Numbered from the stretch's first letter, positions 41,236 to 53,759 are shown. The stretch is 64,000 nt of DNA from an uncultured Verrucomicrobiae bacterium (GCA_963756875.1 CAVWPA010000003.1:1-64000); one strand, 5' to 3'. Translations and numbers: made by a program. The notes: generated from the sequence alone by a model not told the origin.

Positions 41236-41650
41236 AGAAATCAGCGGACGCCCTGGCTGCCTGGCCGCCAATCTAAAAACGAATCAAGATTAAGATTAGA
41301 ATGTGCCGGATTCAGACGGTGCAAAGGTTGAGGTTGTCGCTCGTCCGAGGGGAGGGCAGAACTCTATAAATGCACAGAACGCTGGCAAAAGAAAATTCGT
41401 CGCGCAATTTCATGTCGATCTGAAGCCAATTGGCCACGTTGTTCGATACAGAAAAGTGGCGATTTGGCAAAACTGATCACGTCAAAAGTTCATCGCACCG
41501 TCAAGTGAAAGCGCGTTTTTATCCGTAATTTCTTCCCCGGTCCGATTCACCGAGATTGCGCGCAATGAAGGCCATTAAGGGACACGCTCTGTCGTGTCCG
41601 AAATTTTTTGGGCGTCGACCGCGCGGCACTCCCCACTTCCGCGGCCAGGC

Positions 41651-42055
41651 TCAGCGTCCGAGCAGATAAATCGCAGCCAGCGCCACGAGAAAATATGGAA
41701 CGAGAATGGCGGCGCCGGCGTATTCCTTCGCCATGCGCTGGCCGAAAAAGAGCGCAGTGACCGCAACGGCGGAAACTATCGCACCATAGAAAGCGATTGC
41801 CGGATTGTGTGAAAAAATCAGCACGACGAATCCGATCCCGCTCAAGATTCCCGCCGCGCACTCCAGAATGGTCAGCAAGAACAGCAATAGCGAAACCATT
41901 CCGGCAAACGGACTCTTCGCGAAATGTCCGTTCAACCAATCACGGTTCCCCTTCCAATTTAAAATCTTATCGATTCCGGATTGCAGGAAAGGGATCGCAA
42001 GAAAAAGCGAAACGAGGAGCTGAAGCAGATACAGCGTCAAGCTGGACATTTGCAT
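41651..42055 (-). CDS. DoxX-family membrane protein
   Basis: FLQSGIDK, HFAKSPF, FFGQRMAKEYAGAA. Confidence 0.8.
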   Translation of the reverse strand: MQMSSLTLYLLQLLVSLFLAIPFLQSGIDKILNWKGNRDWLNGHFAKSPFAGMVSLLLFLLTILECAAGILSGIGFVVLIFSHNPAIAFYGAIVSAVAVTALFFGQRMAKEYAGAAILVPYFLVALAAIYLLGR

Positions 42056-42163
42056 AAACGAATCTTACCACGACTTGCTCGGCAAAATCGATAATCGATT
42101 TAGAGGGACATGCGCTGTCGTGTCCCAAATATTTGGGCGCCGACGGCGCGGTCGCCCTCCAAC

Positions 42164-43372
42164 TCAAGAGTACAAATACTCGTCGTGATACTCGCGCTGA
42201 GGCGCGAACTGGACGTTTTCGTTCCCGGTTTCGGGATACTCGAAGATTTTACCTTCGTAATTGCGGATCACGATTTTCTCGTTGTCGTGATAGAGGACAT
42301 AGCCAGGGTTGATCGGCACCTTGCCGCCACCGCCGGGAGCGTCGATCACGAATTGCGGGACGGCGTAGCCGGTGGTGTGGCCGCGCAGGCCCTCGATAAT
42401 TTCGACGCCTTTCGCGACGGAAGCCCGCAGGTGCGACGAACCGTTGATGAGATCGCACTGGTAAATGTAGTAGGGGCGCACGCGGCACATGAGCAACTTG
42501 TGAACGAGCGTTTTCATCGTCTCCAGATCGTCGTTCACGCCGGCGAGCAGAACGCTTTGATTGCCGAGCGGGACCCCGGCATTCGCCAGACGCTCGAGCG
42601 CTTCTTTCACTTCGATCGTCAGTTCCCGCGGATGATTGATGTGCACGCTCATCCAGAGCGGATGATGTTTCGCCAGAATCGCGCAAAGCTCGGGCGTAAT
42701 CCGTTGCGGAAGAAAAATCGGAACCCGCGTGCCGATGCGCAAAAATTCGATGTGCGGAATCGCGCGCAGGCGCGAAAGGAGCTTGTCGATCTTGTCGTCG
42801 CTGAAGATCAAGGCGTCGCCGCCGCTTAGAAGAACATCGCGCACTTCGGTGTGCTGTTCGAGATAGCGAAACGCCTCTTCAAAATCGGTATGCAATTCCT
42901 GCTCTCCGACGCCGCTCACGACGCGGCTGCGGGTGCAATATCGGCAATAGCTCGCGCAGCGATCGGTCACCAGAAACAGCACCCGGTCCGGGTAGCGATG
43001 CACCAGGCCGGGCACGGGCATGTGCGAATCCTCGCCGCAGGGATCGATCATGTCGTACGGCGACGTCCAGGTTTCTTCGATACGCGGAATGACTTGGCGC
43101 CGGATCGGATCGTCCGGATCTTTGGCGGGCGGAATCAGGTTGAAAAAATGCGGCGTGACAGCGAGGGCGAGCTTGTCGCCGGAAAGCAGCACGCCGCTGC
43201 GTTCCTCGTCGCTTAGATCGAGATGTTGCTCAAGTTGACCGAGCGACGTGACACGGTTTTTGAGCTGCCATTTCCAATCGTTCCAGAGCTCTGGTTGCAC
43301 GTCCGGCCAGTAACCGGGCGCGTGCGTGACGAACTCTTTTCCATCGCCATTCCCTGCGGCAAAAGTGCGCAT
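42164..43372 (-). CDS. KamA-family radical SAM protein (lysine 2,3-aminomutase-like)
   Basis: WNDWKWQL, GLVHRYPDRVL, CASYCRYCTR, SGGD, NQSVLL.GVND, DAPGGGGK. Confidence 0.92.
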   Translation of the reverse strand: MRTFAAGNGDGKEFVTHAPGYWPDVQPELWNDWKWQLKNRVTSLGQLEQHLDLSDEERSGVLLSGDKLALAVTPHFFNLIPPAKDPDDPIRRQVIPRIEETWTSPYDMIDPCGEDSHMPVPGLVHRYPDRVLFLVTDRCASYCRYCTRSRVVSGVGEQELHTDFEEAFRYLEQHTEVRDVLLSGGDALIFSDDKIDKLLSRLRAIPHIEFLRIGTRVPIFLPQRITPELCAILAKHHPLWMSVHINHPRELTIEVKEALERLANAGVPLGNQSVLLAGVNDDLETMKTLVHKLLMCRVRPYYIYQCDLINGSSHLRASVAKGVEIIEGLRGHTTGYAVPQFVIDAPGGGGKVPINPGYVLYHDNEKIVIRNYEGKIFEYPETGNENVQFAPQREYHDEYLYS

Positions 43373-43501
43373 TGTGAGTTGAGGACGAAAACGCTAACGC
43401 CGTTAACAACCGTGTCAACGAAGGCACATCACGGTGCGTGACGCACCACCGTGTTATCGCGGAAGAGCGCCCCGCCGGCTGTTGCCAAACTCAATCAATC
43501 T

Positions 43502-44872
43502 TTATTTCACCGTCACCAGCGTGCCAATTGGAATTTCGGCGAAAAGCCTGCGAGCCGCGTCGCCGGGCAACCGAATGCAACCGTGCGAAGCCGGATGATT
43601 GGGAACGAATCCCTCGTGCATTCCGAAGTCCAGGCAACTCAGGCGCATGAAATAGGGCATCTCTACCTTATAGATGGTGGAGCGATGGCTCCGCTCCTTA
43701 TCGGTGATCACATAATCCCCGACCCGGGTCGAGTATCCCTGCCGGCCGGTCGAACAGATCGTGTCAAACACCGACACGCCGTCTTTAATAAGAGCCACGT
43801 GCTGCGATGCGAGCGAGATTTCGACGCGAAGGCGGTTCGGCGACGGCCCGCTGCCGAGGAGCAACTGGGTCGATTGCCAGTTTCCGATTTCGGCCGCGAA
43901 ATAAAGCGCCATCATTTTGTAGCGACCGGTCTTGCGGTTCCGGTCCGCGCCGGCCTCGAGCAGTGCGCGCACATAATCCGTTCGACCCGTGCCTGCCGCC
44001 AGCATGAGGACCGTCACGTTCCTGTCGTCTTCGATGTAGTTACGAAACGATTTGGGAAGCGACGCAAGAAACTCCCTGTCGTACTTGGGCGGAAGAGTAG
44101 TATTCGGATCGGCCCCGCAATCCAGAAGAGTGGCAAACCGGGAAGCGTCGTTCGCCACAATTGCATAAGCAAGAAGCGGCACCTTTTTGCCCTCCGGCGT
44201 GGGTGGAGTAGCATGCTTGCTTAGGAGCAGGCGAATCAAATCCCTGTTATCGTCCTCCAGAACGGCATTGAGCGCTCGTTGCGTTCCAACCTTCCAATCC
44301 GGCATAAGCGGAAGACGCTCTACGATGACACGAATGATTTCTTCATCGCCAGTGGCCAGGGCCGCTCCCAGCAAATCGTTGCCCGAGCCTTCGAGAACCG
44401 GCATTACTGACAGGAGAAACTTCACCGACTCCGTTTGTCCGGCCGCAATGGCGTAATAAAGCGCCGATCGCCCGCTCCGGTCCTTCGACTCGATATCCGT
44501 CACACGACCGACGAATTCGCGCAGCATGTCGGTCCTGCCCTGCATGGCCGCCGCCATCAGGGGCGTGAACCGGTTTTCATCCGCCAGATCCAGATTCGCC
44601 CCGGCATCAAGAAGCCGGCGCGTCGTCTTCCAATCGTGCTGCATCGCCGCGGCCAGAATGAGCGGACAATCATGATCGGCCCGCGCGTTCGGATTCACAT
44701 GCTTGTCGATATAAAGATCAATCAGCGACGTGCGATGCGCGGCGATGGCGCGGACAAATTCGTCTGCGGAGATGGAACTCGGGGCGCGAGGTTCTGGCCC
44801 AAGCGGTCCGGCCGCGACAAGCAGGAAACCCGCTACCGCGCCGATGAAGAAATTAGGCTTGAACGCACGCAT
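43502..44872 (-). CDS. Ankyrin-repeat protein fused to an L,D-transpeptidase (YkuD) domain
   Basis: TPLMAAA/SALYYA/GADPN ankyrin repeats; C-terminal CSTG, MPYFMRL, GMHEG...SHGCIRL. Confidence 0.88.
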   Translation of the reverse strand: MRAFKPNFFIGAVAGFLLVAAGPLGPEPRAPSSISADEFVRAIAAHRTSLIDLYIDKHVNPNARADHDCPLILAAAMQHDWKTTRRLLDAGANLDLADENRFTPLMAAAMQGRTDMLREFVGRVTDIESKDRSGRSALYYAIAAGQTESVKFLLSVMPVLEGSGNDLLGAALATGDEEIIRVIVERLPLMPDWKVGTQRALNAVLEDDNRDLIRLLLSKHATPPTPEGKKVPLLAYAIVANDASRFATLLDCGADPNTTLPPKYDREFLASLPKSFRNYIEDDRNVTVLMLAAGTGRTDYVRALLEAGADRNRKTGRYKMMALYFAAEIGNWQSTQLLLGSGPSPNRLRVEISLASQHVALIKDGVSVFDTICSTGRQGYSTRVGDYVITDKERSHRSTIYKVEMPYFMRLSCLDFGMHEGFVPNHPASHGCIRLPGDAARRLFAEIPIGTLVTVK

Positions 44873-45003
44873 AAAGAGTGTGAAACACGCCCAGATATGC
44901 TACACGGTATGTCAAGCAACTCGAGGGTCAACTTTGTCCGCCCCGTCTGACTCGAAATTCCCCTTAAACCGGGCGAATCAATCGAACAAGCTGGCGGCGC
45001 GGC

Positions 45004-46560
45004 GTGGATGATGAATCCACGAACATGGAAGGAGAACCGAGGGCGAGCCAATCAATGAACGTTGCCCGTAAAATGCTGTCCAAGTTCCAACATATGCGCT
45101 TATCGCCGATCTTCGCCTTACTTCTCGCCGCCAACGTGATGCCAGCCATGGCGGCCACGCCGGAAGGCACAGCCACGGTCTCGCCCATGACCGCCGCAGC
45201 CGGCAAGGATGTTGTGCACCAGCTGAACAACGCTTTTGCGAGGGTTTTTGACGAAGTCGCGCCGAGCGTCGTGATCATTGAGGTCTCGAAAAAGAACGAC
45301 GGCAGCGAGGGGTTTTCGTTTGACGACCTCTTTTTCCAAGGGCCGCCGGATCAAAACAATCCACATCAAAACCTCCACAATTTGCAACCGATCCAAAGTG
45401 AGGGCTCCGGATTCATCGTTCGGCCGGACGGTTACATTTTCACCAACTTTCATGTGGTAGAAGGCGCCGACCAGATCGAAGTGAAGCTCAAGGACGGGCG
45501 CGAATTTTCAGCCAAGACCGTCGGCACCGACGAAAAGACGGATGTTGCTGTAATTAAGATCAACGCCAAGGATTTGCCGGTGGTGAAGCTGGGCGACAGC
45601 GACGCCGTGCGCGTCGGCCAGTTCGCCTTTGCAATCGGCGCGCCGTTCAAGCTCGATTACACTTTCACTTACGGCGTGATCAGCGGCAAAGGCCGGAGCA
45701 AATTAATCGCGACGGGCGGCTACTCGATTTCGGATTACATCCAAACCGATGCCTCCATTAATCCGGGCAACAGCGGCGGACCGCTCTGCGATATTGACGG
45801 GAACGTGATCGGCATGAACGCTCTGATCAACGGGTTGAATCGCGGGCTCGGGTTCGCCATTCCAATCAACATGGTCAAGGATGTGGGCGGCCAGCTCATC
45901 GCCGGGCACAAAATCGTCCGCGCCTGGCTCGGCATCCGCATCGAAACGCTCGGCGACGATCCGTCGATCCGGGATTTGTTCAAGGGTCTCGACCGCGGCG
46001 TCGTGGTACGCACCATTGAGGCCGATGCGCCCGCTTACAAAAGCGATCTGCGTCCATTCGACGTGATTACTCAGGTCGACGGTAATCCGGTCACGACCGA
46101 TTCGGAATTGCAACACGAGGTCCTGAAAAAGAAGGTCGGGGAGAAAGTCGAACTGACGGTGTGGCGCAAGGGCCAGACGATCAAAATCCCGGTGACGACC
46201 GGCGAATTGCCTGACGAAATCACGCGCGCCTCAAACGAGCCGGTGGAGCCGGTGCAACCGCGCCAGGAAGATCTGGGTAAATTCGGTCTGCAAGTCCAGG
46301 ACTTGAGCAAGGAAGTTGCCCAACGTCTGCACCTCGGTGTTCAAAAAGGGGTCATTGTAACCGACGTGACCGACAACAGCATCGCTGCCGGCCAAGGACT
46401 CGAGCGACAGGACGTGATTACTGAGGTGGATGGCAAGCCAGTTACCGACGTGCGGTCATTTCGCGACGCACTCAGCAAGGCAGATCCCGGGCGCGGCGTC
46501 CTTCTTTACGTGGACCGCAAAGGGAGCAAAACCTTCGCCGTGCTCAAGGCCGGCGGTTAA
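45004..46560 (+). CDS. DegP/Do-family serine protease with two PDZ domains
   Basis: GSGFIV, TNFHVV, DVAVIKI, IQTDASINPGNSGGPL. True start may be a later Met. Confidence 0.93.
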   Translation: MDDESTNMEGEPRASQSMNVARKMLSKFQHMRLSPIFALLLAANVMPAMAATPEGTATVSPMTAAAGKDVVHQLNNAFARVFDEVAPSVVIIEVSKKNDGSEGFSFDDLFFQGPPDQNNPHQNLHNLQPIQSEGSGFIVRPDGYIFTNFHVVEGADQIEVKLKDGREFSAKTVGTDEKTDVAVIKINAKDLPVVKLGDSDAVRVGQFAFAIGAPFKLDYTFTYGVISGKGRSKLIATGGYSISDYIQTDASINPGNSGGPLCDIDGNVIGMNALINGLNRGLGFAIPINMVKDVGGQLIAGHKIVRAWLGIRIETLGDDPSIRDLFKGLDRGVVVRTIEADAPAYKSDLRPFDVITQVDGNPVTTDSELQHEVLKKKVGEKVELTVWRKGQTIKIPVTTGELPDEITRASNEPVEPVQPRQEDLGKFGLQVQDLSKEVAQRLHLGVQKGVIVTDVTDNSIAAGQGLERQDVITEVDGKPVTDVRSFRDALSKADPGRGVLLYVDRKGSKTFAVLKAGG

Positions 46561-46614
46561 GACGGCCCTGATATTCGCCGGTCGGCATCAGACTTAACGT
46601 CCGAGACTGTCGTC

Positions 46615-46836
46615 CTAGCTTTTGCGGGCGCCAATCACGACCAGGACGATTCCCCCGACCAGACAAATGCCGCTGACCGCGGGAGGAAAACTGATCCCGT
46701 GTCCTTCTTCGTGGGTGATCTCCAGAGGTCCGAGCTGCGCGTCCTTCTTTTTGGTCGTCCAGCCCAGGCCGCCCCAGGCAAAGCCGGCAATACCGATGGC
46801 GATGAGAATGATCCCGACAATTACGGTGACTTTCAT
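46615..46836 (-). CDS. Small two-TM protein (DUF3185-like)
   Basis: TM-loop (AQLGPLEIT)-TM architecture. Confidence 0.7.
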   Translation of the reverse strand: MKVTVIVGIILIAIGIAGFAWGGLGWTTKKKDAQLGPLEITHEEGHGISFPPAVSGICLVGGIVLVVIGARKS

Positions 46837-46846
46837 ATGAAGCGCC

Positions 46847-46996
46847 CTACAACACTCGCCGGCCTTGGATTAACCGGATAATGAGCACCACTACCGCGAT
46901 CACCAGCAAAATGTGAATGAATCCGCCCAGCGTGTAGGAAGTAACCACGCCGAGCAGCCAGAGTATGAGCAGAATAAAAAAGATGGTCCAAAGCAT
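46847..46996 (-). CDS. lmo0937-family small membrane protein (49 aa, below the ORF-track cutoff)
   Basis: Manual translation MLWTIFFILLILWLLGVVTSYTLGGFIHILLVIAVVVLIIRLIQGRRVL*, with an aaagga RBS upstream. Confidence 0.88.
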   Translation of the reverse strand: MLWTIFFILLILWLLGVVTSYTLGGFIHILLVIAVVVLIIRLIQGRRVL

Positions 46997-47242
46997 AGGA
47001 TTCCTTTCGTTGAGTTTCCCTTAATTCGTTTTCGGGATGATTAATGCGCTTATTTTCGTTGCTCCTCGTAGTCGTTGCGGGCTCCAGTTGTCAAGCTCTA
47101 AGCCGCTGTAAAGGCTGACCTCCCGGCGGCGCCCGCGCACGGGCACGTTATCAAACTCGGCAAGGGAAGCCGCTACAGTTGTTGTAGCTGCTGCCGCTGG
47201 CTGCGGCAGGGGACTACGAAACACCGCGCTCGTCGACCGCGA

Positions 47243-49036
47243 CTACAGCCCGGATCTGAGCGTATCTACAACGGCACGCAAATTCCAGCCGCTCGCCTCA
47301 AGCTGCGAACGGGCCGAGTCATAGTCGCATTGCGCCAGCTCGGCCACCATCCGTGTCGCTCGATCGCGCAACTTCGTGCTGGATGCATGCAGATCGATCA
47401 TCAAATTGCCGCGCACCTTGCCGAGCGCGATCATCGCGCCGGTGCTGATAATGTTGAGCGCGATTTTTGTCGCGGTTCCCGCTTTCAAGCGCGTAGATCC
47501 GGTCAAAATTTCGGGACCGACTGCAAGCGCGATCACAAGATCCGCGGTTCCTGCAGGGGCGGCCGTGCCGGCCGCTACAGCGCAGTCCGGATTACACGTC
47601 AACAAAATGGTCTTTGCGCCCAACGACTTCGCGTGAGCCAAGGCGCCAAGCACAAACGGTGTCCGGCCACTGGCCGTGACGCCGACAACCAGATCCGCGC
47701 CCTTTATTCCGCGCGAATCCATCGCAAGTGCGCCGCCGCTTTTTGCGTCCTCCGCGCCTTCCACGCTGCGCGATAACGCTGGCGCCCCGCCTGCGATGAT
47801 TCCCTGAACCAGCTCTGCCGGCGCACCAAACGTCGGCGGAATCTCACTGGCGTCGAGAACTCCAAGCCGGCCGCTTGTTCCCGCCCCGACGTAAAACAAT
47901 CGCCCCCCCTTGCCAAGCGCGCCTGCGGCCATTTCCACAGCGCGGGCAAGATCTCCGCTCGAACCACGCAGGGCCTCCTGCACGAATTTTTCCTCTTCGA
48001 CAAACAGCGCGACCAGTTCCCGCGCGCCCATTTTCTCCAAGTTTTGCGAACGCGGGTTCGATTGCTCGGTTAGCGCATTGGCAAGAGTATCGATTTGTTC
48101 GTCGGCTGGTTTCCACTGAAGGTTTGCCGGCTCCGGCATCTCGGTAGCGAGCCAGGCCGCCCCCATCTCGGGTGCGCGCTCTGCATTCGCAACGCGTGCA
48201 TCGGGGAGGTTCTTTTTTAACCTCCGGCGAAACGCATGAGTATAGATCGAGTCGCGATAAAAAAGGCCGCCCAGCAGCATCACTTTGGGGGCAAGCAGAT
48301 GCAGCCGCGACGCCAGAGTCTCCGTGTATTCGCAGAGAACACGCGCCCCTTCCTCGACGATTTCCATAACCGCTGCGTCGCCTCCGGCGGCCGCCTCGAA
48401 GATCACCGGTGTCAGACTGGCCACCTGCATTTTGTCCGCCGTCTGGGCCCAGCGGACCAGCTCGTCCAGATTATTCAGTGCCAGGGCCTGCAGGATTTTG
48501 GCGGCGAATTGCAATTCGCCGCGGTGTAAATCGTATTCGCGTAGAATCAACCGCAGCGCCTGGATGCTGAGAAAATATCCGCCCCCGGCATCTCCGAGGA
48601 CGTGCCCCCACCCGCCTGCGTTCTCGACCCGATCGCCGCGTTTCCCGGTGACCGAAGATCCGCTGCCGGCATTCACCACAATCCCGTCGTTGTGTCCAAG
48701 CGCCGCGGCAAATCCCGATTCCCGATCGCTGCCTGTCACAATCGCGGCGCCCGGCCAAATCTCGCGGCAAAGACGTGAGAGCGACTGGCGATCTTCTTCG
48801 GTACCACAACCGGCGAGAAAAATTCCGGCCCGATCGATTTGCTTCGGGAGTTCCGCAAAAATTGCGTGCAACCGCTCAGGCGTGGCGAGACGAAAATTCG
48901 ATGGCGGCAGTTTTCCCTGGTCGATAGCTCGCAACTGCGGAGCGGAGTCTCCGCTTTCGGCTACGGCTTCCACCAAAACCCAGGCTGTTTTAGTTCCGCC
49001 TCCTTCGGCCCCGAGGATTCGCTCGCTCGGTTTCAC
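47243..49036 (-). CDS. murQ: BadF-type N-acetyl-amino-sugar kinase fused to N-acetylmuramic acid 6-phosphate etherase
   Basis: N-half EGGGTKT, NAGSGS, GGWGHVLGD. C-half TEQSNP, GAGTSGRLGVLDASEIPPTF, EGAED, GSTRLKAGTA, GKVRGNLMID. Confidence 0.92.
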   Translation of the reverse strand: MKPSERILGAEGGGTKTAWVLVEAVAESGDSAPQLRAIDQGKLPPSNFRLATPERLHAIFAELPKQIDRAGIFLAGCGTEEDRQSLSRLCREIWPGAAIVTGSDRESGFAAALGHNDGIVVNAGSGSSVTGKRGDRVENAGGWGHVLGDAGGGYFLSIQALRLILREYDLHRGELQFAAKILQALALNNLDELVRWAQTADKMQVASLTPVIFEAAAGGDAAVMEIVEEGARVLCEYTETLASRLHLLAPKVMLLGGLFYRDSIYTHAFRRRLKKNLPDARVANAERAPEMGAAWLATEMPEPANLQWKPADEQIDTLANALTEQSNPRSQNLEKMGARELVALFVEEEKFVQEALRGSSGDLARAVEMAAGALGKGGRLFYVGAGTSGRLGVLDASEIPPTFGAPAELVQGIIAGGAPALSRSVEGAEDAKSGGALAMDSRGIKGADLVVGVTASGRTPFVLGALAHAKSLGAKTILLTCNPDCAVAAGTAAPAGTADLVIALAVGPEILTGSTRLKAGTATKIALNIISTGAMIALGKVRGNLMIDLHASSTKLRDRATRMVAELAQCDYDSARSQLEASGWNLRAVVDTLRSGL

Positions 49037-49106
49037 ATTTCGTTATGCTTAGACCCTTTGCGGAAAATTGAAAGCTCCAAAAGGAGGGATGCCGCACAGC
49101 GGCGTA

Positions 49107-51444
<2,338 letters not shown>

Positions 51445-51472
51445 ATTCGGAGGAGAGAAAAAGCGGTCGTCT

Positions 51473-52555
51473 TTACCGCGGCCGCGCCTGCAAGCTCAAT
51501 GGCATGGCCTGGTTGTTCAGCGGAGGAGCAGCAAGAAGTGGCAAGCGCTGACGTCTGGCGTCAGGATGAACGGCAGCCTGAATATTAAACGTCAATTTCT
51601 GGCCGTTCCGCACAACCGTTACCGGGACGAGATCGCCCGCTGTGAGAAAAAACGAAGCGTCCAGAACGTCTTCCGGCTCGTGGACCTTTATCTTGCCCAC
51701 CTGCAAAAGGATATCGCTGGGGCGCAATCCCGAATCGTTCGCCGGCGTGGTGCCGATAATTTCGGTAATCTTCGTGTGAGAGCCGTCCACGGCGTTTGCC
51801 GCCCTGGATACGGTTGCTCCGATCCAGCCGTGGCGCACTTCACCGAAGCGGACGAAATCGCTTCGGATCTTCTCGGCGACTTCAACCGGCACGGCGTAGC
51901 AGGCGGAACCGTTATCGAGACTGCTAACGACAATTCCCACCACTTCGCCTTTCAAATTCAAGAGGGGGGCGCCGGACTCGCCGCGTTGGGCCGGCAGATT
52001 CACGCGCAGATGCGTCGTGGAAAAATATTGGCCAAGATATTTGTGATCGAATCCGGCAATCATGCCGAAACTGGGCGTCTCGGGAAGATCGAGCGGGTAG
52101 CCGATGGCGACGACGGGTGTAGCGACCTCCATCTCCCTCGACTTGCCGATTGGCAGCGCCGGCGTAACGAGGTCCACCTTTAGCATGGCCAGTCCGCTGC
52201 GGATATCAGCCACCACCTGGCGAGCGGGGTAGCTTTCGCCGTTATATTCAACACTGAAGTCATCCGCTTCGCCGCCGACTGTATAAGAAGTGTAAAGCAT
52301 GCCGGTGGGATCGATAAAAAAACCGGTTCCACACAATTCGCCATGGCGGTCGATCGCGCGAACCTTGACGACCGCTTTGGCAGCCTGTTCAAACACGCCC
52401 CGCACCTGCCGGCTAATCGCGGTCGCTGTGGTCTGTTCTTCGCCGGCGCACAGTGCGCCGGGTGCCATTGCGCAACCCAGAACGACGAATGTCGCGGCCA
52501 GCTTCGCCCCGGGTAGAAGGGAAAAGGGGCGCCTAGAACTTGAAAGTCGTCTCAT
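51473..52555 (-). CDS. S1C/HtrA-like protease-fold protein with PDZ
   Basis: GTGFFID, AIGYP, RGESGAPLLNLKGEVVGI. Catalytic His and Asp positions look substituted (YTSYTV, SGLAML). Confidence 0.8.
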   Translation of the reverse strand: MRRLSSSRRPFSLLPGAKLAATFVVLGCAMAPGALCAGEEQTTATAISRQVRGVFEQAAKAVVKVRAIDRHGELCGTGFFIDPTGMLYTSYTVGGEADDFSVEYNGESYPARQVVADIRSGLAMLKVDLVTPALPIGKSREMEVATPVVAIGYPLDLPETPSFGMIAGFDHKYLGQYFSTTHLRVNLPAQRGESGAPLLNLKGEVVGIVVSSLDNGSACYAVPVEVAEKIRSDFVRFGEVRHGWIGATVSRAANAVDGSHTKITEIIGTTPANDSGLRPSDILLQVGKIKVHEPEDVLDASFFLTAGDLVPVTVVRNGQKLTFNIQAAVHPDARRQRLPLLAAPPLNNQAMPLSLQARPR

Positions 52556-53039
52556 AACTCACGGGAACACTGTCGAGCACGTAACGCGGAGGCGTCGCGG
52601 CCAGGTGAGTGTGGACGCTTTCAATGGGGTTGTGAAGCGGCTGCGTGCTAAAGAACCGAGTCGTCACTGGAGAGGCGAGATTCCATTCCGCGTCCATGCT
52701 TCCTGATGGGGCAATCGCTTGCCCATGCACAGCTGGCCGATCTTGCACAGCAACCCTGGCTGGCTCAGAAGGCTGATAAATTTTGAGAGAAATAAACGCG
52801 GCGCAAATCAGCACGGCCGTCGCGGCGGCGGGATAGGAAATCACCGTGGACAGATTCAGCCCGCGCACAAAACCCTGTGCGCGATCCAAACAGAGACGCC
52901 AGAGCGGTTGACGAAGCAGTTCGTCGCGCTGACGACGATGAAACTCGTGCAGGAAATTCTCAAAGTAACCCGGAGGCGGCTGCTCGTATCTCTTCAGCCG
53001 AAGCAATCTTGCAATCTCGTTGTCGTTAAATTCGTCCAT
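52533..53039 (-). CDS. Putative anti-sigma factor (single TM)
   Basis: LLRLKRYEQPPPGYFENFL N-domain plus one TM, directly after the ECF sigma. Confidence 0.7.
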   Translation of the reverse strand: MDEFNDNEIARLLRLKRYEQPPPGYFENFLHEFHRRQRDELLRQPLWRLCLDRAQGFVRGLNLSTVISYPAAATAVLICAAFISLKIYQPSEPARVAVQDRPAVHGQAIAPSGSMDAEWNLASPVTTRFFSTQPLHNPIESVHTHLAATPPRYVLDSVPVSYETTFKF

Positions 53040-53050
53040 GGATGCGCCGG

Positions 53051-53740
53051 TTAAGAAACAGGGTTTTTTCTGAATTCGTCCAAATAGCTTTGCAGTTGCC
53101 GGTTCGCGTAAAAGAGCCTGGAACGTACCGTTCCCTCCGAAACACGCAAGATCTTACTAATCTCTGCGTGGGGCATCCCTTGTATGTGAAACATGGTTAC
53201 CACGGCTCTGTGTTCTTCAGACAATTTCATCATCGCCTCGTTCAATCTTCTTTGGAGCTCTGAGAGGTCTGCCTCCCGCACCGGACTGTTGGTGGCCGTG
53301 GCCTCCAGGAACTCCCTGTCGTTCTGAATACTGGCATCGACGTCGTCCAGGCTGAGCTGATAGCGCCGGCCCCGTTTCTTCAGGAAATTCAGGGTCATGT
53401 TGACGGCTATGGAGTGGATCCAGGTGTAAAAGGAGGATTTCCCGCGAAAACCGCGGATTGCCTTGTATGCCTTCGAAAACACATCCTGTAGAAGGTCGTT
53501 CGTGTCCTCGTGGTTGGAGGTCATATTATAGACCAAGCCATAGAGACGCGGTGTGTACTTCACCACCAAATCGTCAAACGCACTGGCGTCACCCGCCTGT
53601 GTGCGCGCTACTAGTTCTCGATCTTCATCCCTGCGTGGTTGATCCATCGCTTTCCTTTTAGACTTAGCACCGGTCGGGATACCCGACGACAATAAATCGG
53701 TTATCCGACGAGCAACCGGGAGAGCAGCAGAAGCGTTCAT
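53051..53740 (-). CDS. ECF sigma-70 factor (RpoE-like)
   Basis: GDASAFDDLV, DLLQDVF, FRGKSSFYTWI, SEGTVRSRLFYA. Start at 53740 or a later Met. Confidence 0.92.
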   Translation of the reverse strand: MNASAALPVARRITDLLSSGIPTGAKSKRKAMDQPRRDEDRELVARTQAGDASAFDDLVVKYTPRLYGLVYNMTSNHEDTNDLLQDVFSKAYKAIRGFRGKSSFYTWIHSIAVNMTLNFLKKRGRRYQLSLDDVDASIQNDREFLEATATNSPVREADLSELQRRLNEAMMKLSEEHRAVVTMFHIQGMPHAEISKILRVSEGTVRSRLFYANRQLQSYLDEFRKNPVS

Positions 53741-53759
53741 CTCTTCAATCAACCGCAAA

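Noticed and set aside
41280..41545. FNR/CRP-type box upstream of actA
   Set aside because: The closest match (ctgatcacgtcaa) does not have the TTGAT-N4-ATCAA spacing.
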